From Oligoflexia bacterium (lineage in GTDB: Bacteria > Bdellovibrionota > UBA1018): 64,000 nt of DNA. The stretch covers positions 128,001-192,000 of the forward strand of contig CAVWVI010000003.1 of NCBI GenBank assembly GCA_963758495.1, read 5' to 3'. Below the pieces are notes generated by a model. That model saw only the letters and a program-made list of their open reading frames with translations. It was not told the origin of the DNA and did not search any database. A program made the position numbers and the translations under genes. Within the stretch, counting starts at the first letter, position 1. Each line of letters opens with the position of its first letter. Shown piece after piece: positions 61,573-64,000 of this stretch.

Positions 61573-63288
61573 ATGTCTAAATTTATGAGAAAGCTATCTA
61601 TAATAATATTAAATATCCTATTTTGCATTAGTTTTGCTCCTCTGGCCATTGCAGAAGACTATACCGTTCTAAAAGTAAAATACCAAGTGACCTTTGAAAA
61701 ACTAGATTCTACATCAATTAATAATATTGAAACCAAAATTGGGTATACCTTCTCAAAAAAGGATTTATTAGTCACGGCCCTAACTGCCGCTGATAGTACT
61801 GGTTCAAGTGATAATTATGAACGGTTTGAGTTTTTTGGAGACGGGATTCTGGAATTTTATTTGACTGAGATTCTGATGAGAAATTATTCAAATGCGGACC
61901 CTAACATGCTCACTAAAGCGCGCACTGAATTAGCGAGGCAGGAACCACTTGCCGCGTTAGCACTCCATATAGGTTTGTTCAAATACATTAATACCAACAA
62001 TAGTGGTGAGGTAACGATATCTCAGTTAGGCGACGTCGTAGAGGCTTTGATTGCCGCTATTTACTATGACGGTGGGTCACGTCATGTTCAAAATTTTATT
62101 TCAAGATTTTTTATCCCAATGATGAGTGTAGAGTGTCCCATGGTAGCAATGGATATTATTAATAAAGCTTCAAAAAAATTGAAGCAATCTTATATTTACT
62201 CTAAAAAAGCTAATGGTGAGTTTGAGATTTTACCTTCTCTTCCAATTAATTCAGCGAATGGTCGCCCAGCAATAACTAAAATTAATGGCCATAAAGATAA
62301 GAACTGTCCGGTACGTAATTCCGTTTACCGTGCTGAACGTGATTATATTAAGTCTCTATCACAGTCTTATTCTCAATTCTTAGTAACTCTGCCCATTGAT
62401 GCTAGTTATAAACCATGGGATCAGCCGATTGCAGAGATCGCCTGGGATAGGGATTCGGTTGTTGAGCCACTCTTTGCTTTGAATGAGCTGATGCAAAAAC
62501 TAGGAAAGGAAAAAATAGTTTCTTGTGATGTTGAGAGTACCGAAGAAAATCAGTATTCTTTTTTGTGCTCAATTGATGTTCAAGGTTTTGGAAAGTTTGA
62601 AGGTAAAGGATCTTCTAAGAAAAAAGCAATAAGGATTGCAGCAGCTAGAGCATATAGAAAAATACAGGTAGCAAGTTTATTTATGAAAGACCTAACTAAA
62701 CATGTGGAAGAACATATCAAATTGGATGAAGACAAAGAGAATAATCCAATCTTTTCTCTAAATTCATTTTGCCAGGTTCATAAACTCGATTCACCTATAT
62801 ACGAAGGTTATGTCAAAGAGAGTAATGGGCAACCGACGTTCTATACGAGACTGCATGCGCCCTGGCTTGTAGCTAGCGTTGAAAGTGATCTTTTTCCTAA
62901 TATTAAAAAAGCTAATGAGTCGGCTGCAACAAAAGCGATACGATACTTGAATCACTTTACTTCTCGTAATTTAACTCCTAGAAAGCTGCATGAGTTTATT
63001 AAGTTTAAACAGCTTAATACGCCCGGGAATGAGAAGAACTATTTATTTGGCCTCAGTACCTATCTCAAGTTGAGTATTCAGTATGTTTCAGAAATATGTG
63101 AAGGACCACTGAATCATGGAATTTTATACAGATCTAGGGTTGTTCTTTCGGGGAAGGACAGTTGCGAACTAGAGTTCGAAGGAGGAGCATGTTTAGGTTC
63201 TAAATTAGATGCTGAGGCTATGGCTGCGAGACTTGGCTTGTTAAAACTGGCCAACATGATCTTGAAGAAAGAAATTCCTGGATTTTAA
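61573..63288 (+). CDS. signal-peptide-bearing RNase III with three dsRNA-binding domains
   Basis: IGYTF..LLVTALT, NYERFEFFGDGIL, GDVVEALIAAIYYDGG; three dsRBD-like units (SSKKKA, NIKKA, SKLDAE). Confidence 0.85.
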   Translation: MSKFMRKLSIIILNILFCISFAPLAIAEDYTVLKVKYQVTFEKLDSTSINNIETKIGYTFSKKDLLVTALTAADSTGSSDNYERFEFFGDGILEFYLTEILMRNYSNADPNMLTKARTELARQEPLAALALHIGLFKYINTNNSGEVTISQLGDVVEALIAAIYYDGGSRHVQNFISRFFIPMMSVECPMVAMDIINKASKKLKQSYIYSKKANGEFEILPSLPINSANGRPAITKINGHKDKNCPVRNSVYRAERDYIKSLSQSYSQFLVTLPIDASYKPWDQPIAEIAWDRDSVVEPLFALNELMQKLGKEKIVSCDVESTEENQYSFLCSIDVQGFGKFEGKGSSKKKAIRIAAARAYRKIQVASLFMKDLTKHVEEHIKLDEDKENNPIFSLNSFCQVHKLDSPIYEGYVKESNGQPTFYTRLHAPWLVASVESDLFPNIKKANESAATKAIRYLNHFTSRNLTPRKLHEFIKFKQLNTPGNEKNYLFGLSTYLKLSIQYVSEICEGPLNHGILYRSRVVLSGKDSCELEFEGGACLGSKLDAEAMAARLGLLKLANMILKKEIPGF

Positions 63289-63411
63289 GAATTCGATTTT
63301 GTAGAAGGCCGTTTATTAGGATTGGGAAATAGATATTTTAAATTCCTGCAGTGTCTTGCAGCATATACCTCATGACTCTCAATTCTAGTCGAGAACTTTC
63401 TCTTCATTTCA

Positions 63412-63615
63412 TTACAATACGCTCCGTTGCCGCACCAACCCCAAATCCTTCGCCTTACGAAAAAACGTAGCCCTCGAAACTCCCAAAAGCTCCGCTGCCC
63501 TGGTGCGGTCCCCATGTGCCTGAATAATAGCCTTCTCAAACCTCTTTCGCTCATTTGCTATCAGCGAAGCTCCATACTGCCCTACAAGAGCCTTGGTAAT
63601 CCGAGATGATAGAAG
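63412..63615 (-). pseudogene. 3' fragment with a Fis-type HTH (sigma-54 activator tail), cut by ISCR copy C
   Basis: Hand translation: ERKRFEKAIIQAHGNRTRAAELLGVSRATFFRKAKDLG. Confidence 0.8.
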
Positions 63616-63617
63616 GG

Positions 63618-64000
63618 GCGGATAAGGAAATTAAAGCATAAGTCAGCGCAGAAAATCTCCCACTTGGCAGCATAACCTGGCAACGAAGTCCAATAGCTGA
63701 CGATCGATGATCGGACTCGTAGGCCCGAAACGGGACCGCTCCGAACCTGTTTTGGATAATGAGGGCAAGGGAGTGCCGATCGCATAAAGGATGCTTAGAT
63801 AGGGGAGAGTTTTGAGCCTGACCCGGGTGTCAGGTAAAGCTCATTTGCGGTGAAAAACGGGATGGGGCAACATCGGGAGGCTTGGAGGGCAAGTCCAGAT
63901 GATCGAGGATCTTCTTGATCGCGCTGGTTTCCAGGATCGCAGCGATGGGCTTTAGGTCACCATGACACTTGGGGCAATGGGCCATGTCGATGGCAAATAC
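63618..64000 (-). mobile_element. ISCR/IS91-like element copy C; runs off the window
   Basis: Near-identical to copy B from 47103 onwards. Confidence 0.92.

Noticed and set aside
24..63785. Many short ORFs overlapping or antisense to longer genes
   Set aside because: Shadow frames of well-supported CDSs, with no independent motifs.
1..64000. Complete DGR or retron in this window
   Set aside because: No ORF with reverse transcriptase motifs and no TR/VR pair seen; only target-like genes.

Overview
Bacterial chromosomal window in two halves. Gene content (TadG-like protein, lipoprotein TolC-like protein, long HNH protein, Lys/Ala-rich basic proteins) suggests Bdellovibrionota/Oligoflexia; this is inference only. 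About 1-29 kb is mostly housekeeping: sigma-54 two-component pair, metG, sodB, argS, mrp, folE, lipA-E2-lpdA-lipB, an HD hydrolase and a candidate sRNA upstream of lipA. About 29-64 kb is a rearranged accessory region with three same-orientation ISCR/IS91-like rolling-circle elements, an IS21 element, an HNH gene, many truncated gene fragments, a CHASE3 kinase/CheR/CheB module, and a polymorphic toxin with three immunity paralogues. The most striking content is a set of proteins with N-terminal signal peptides and normally cytoplasmic or eukaryote-like activities. These are two RING/RBR ubiquitin-ligase-like proteins sharing a C-terminal CLec/DUF1566-like domain that resembles DGR variable regions, an F-box-like protein, an RNase III with three dsRBDs, and a YjjX-APRT fusion plus PRPP-synthetase-like pair. 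No rRNA, tRNA, CRISPR array or reverse transcriptase was seen. All domain calls are by eye; no searches were run.
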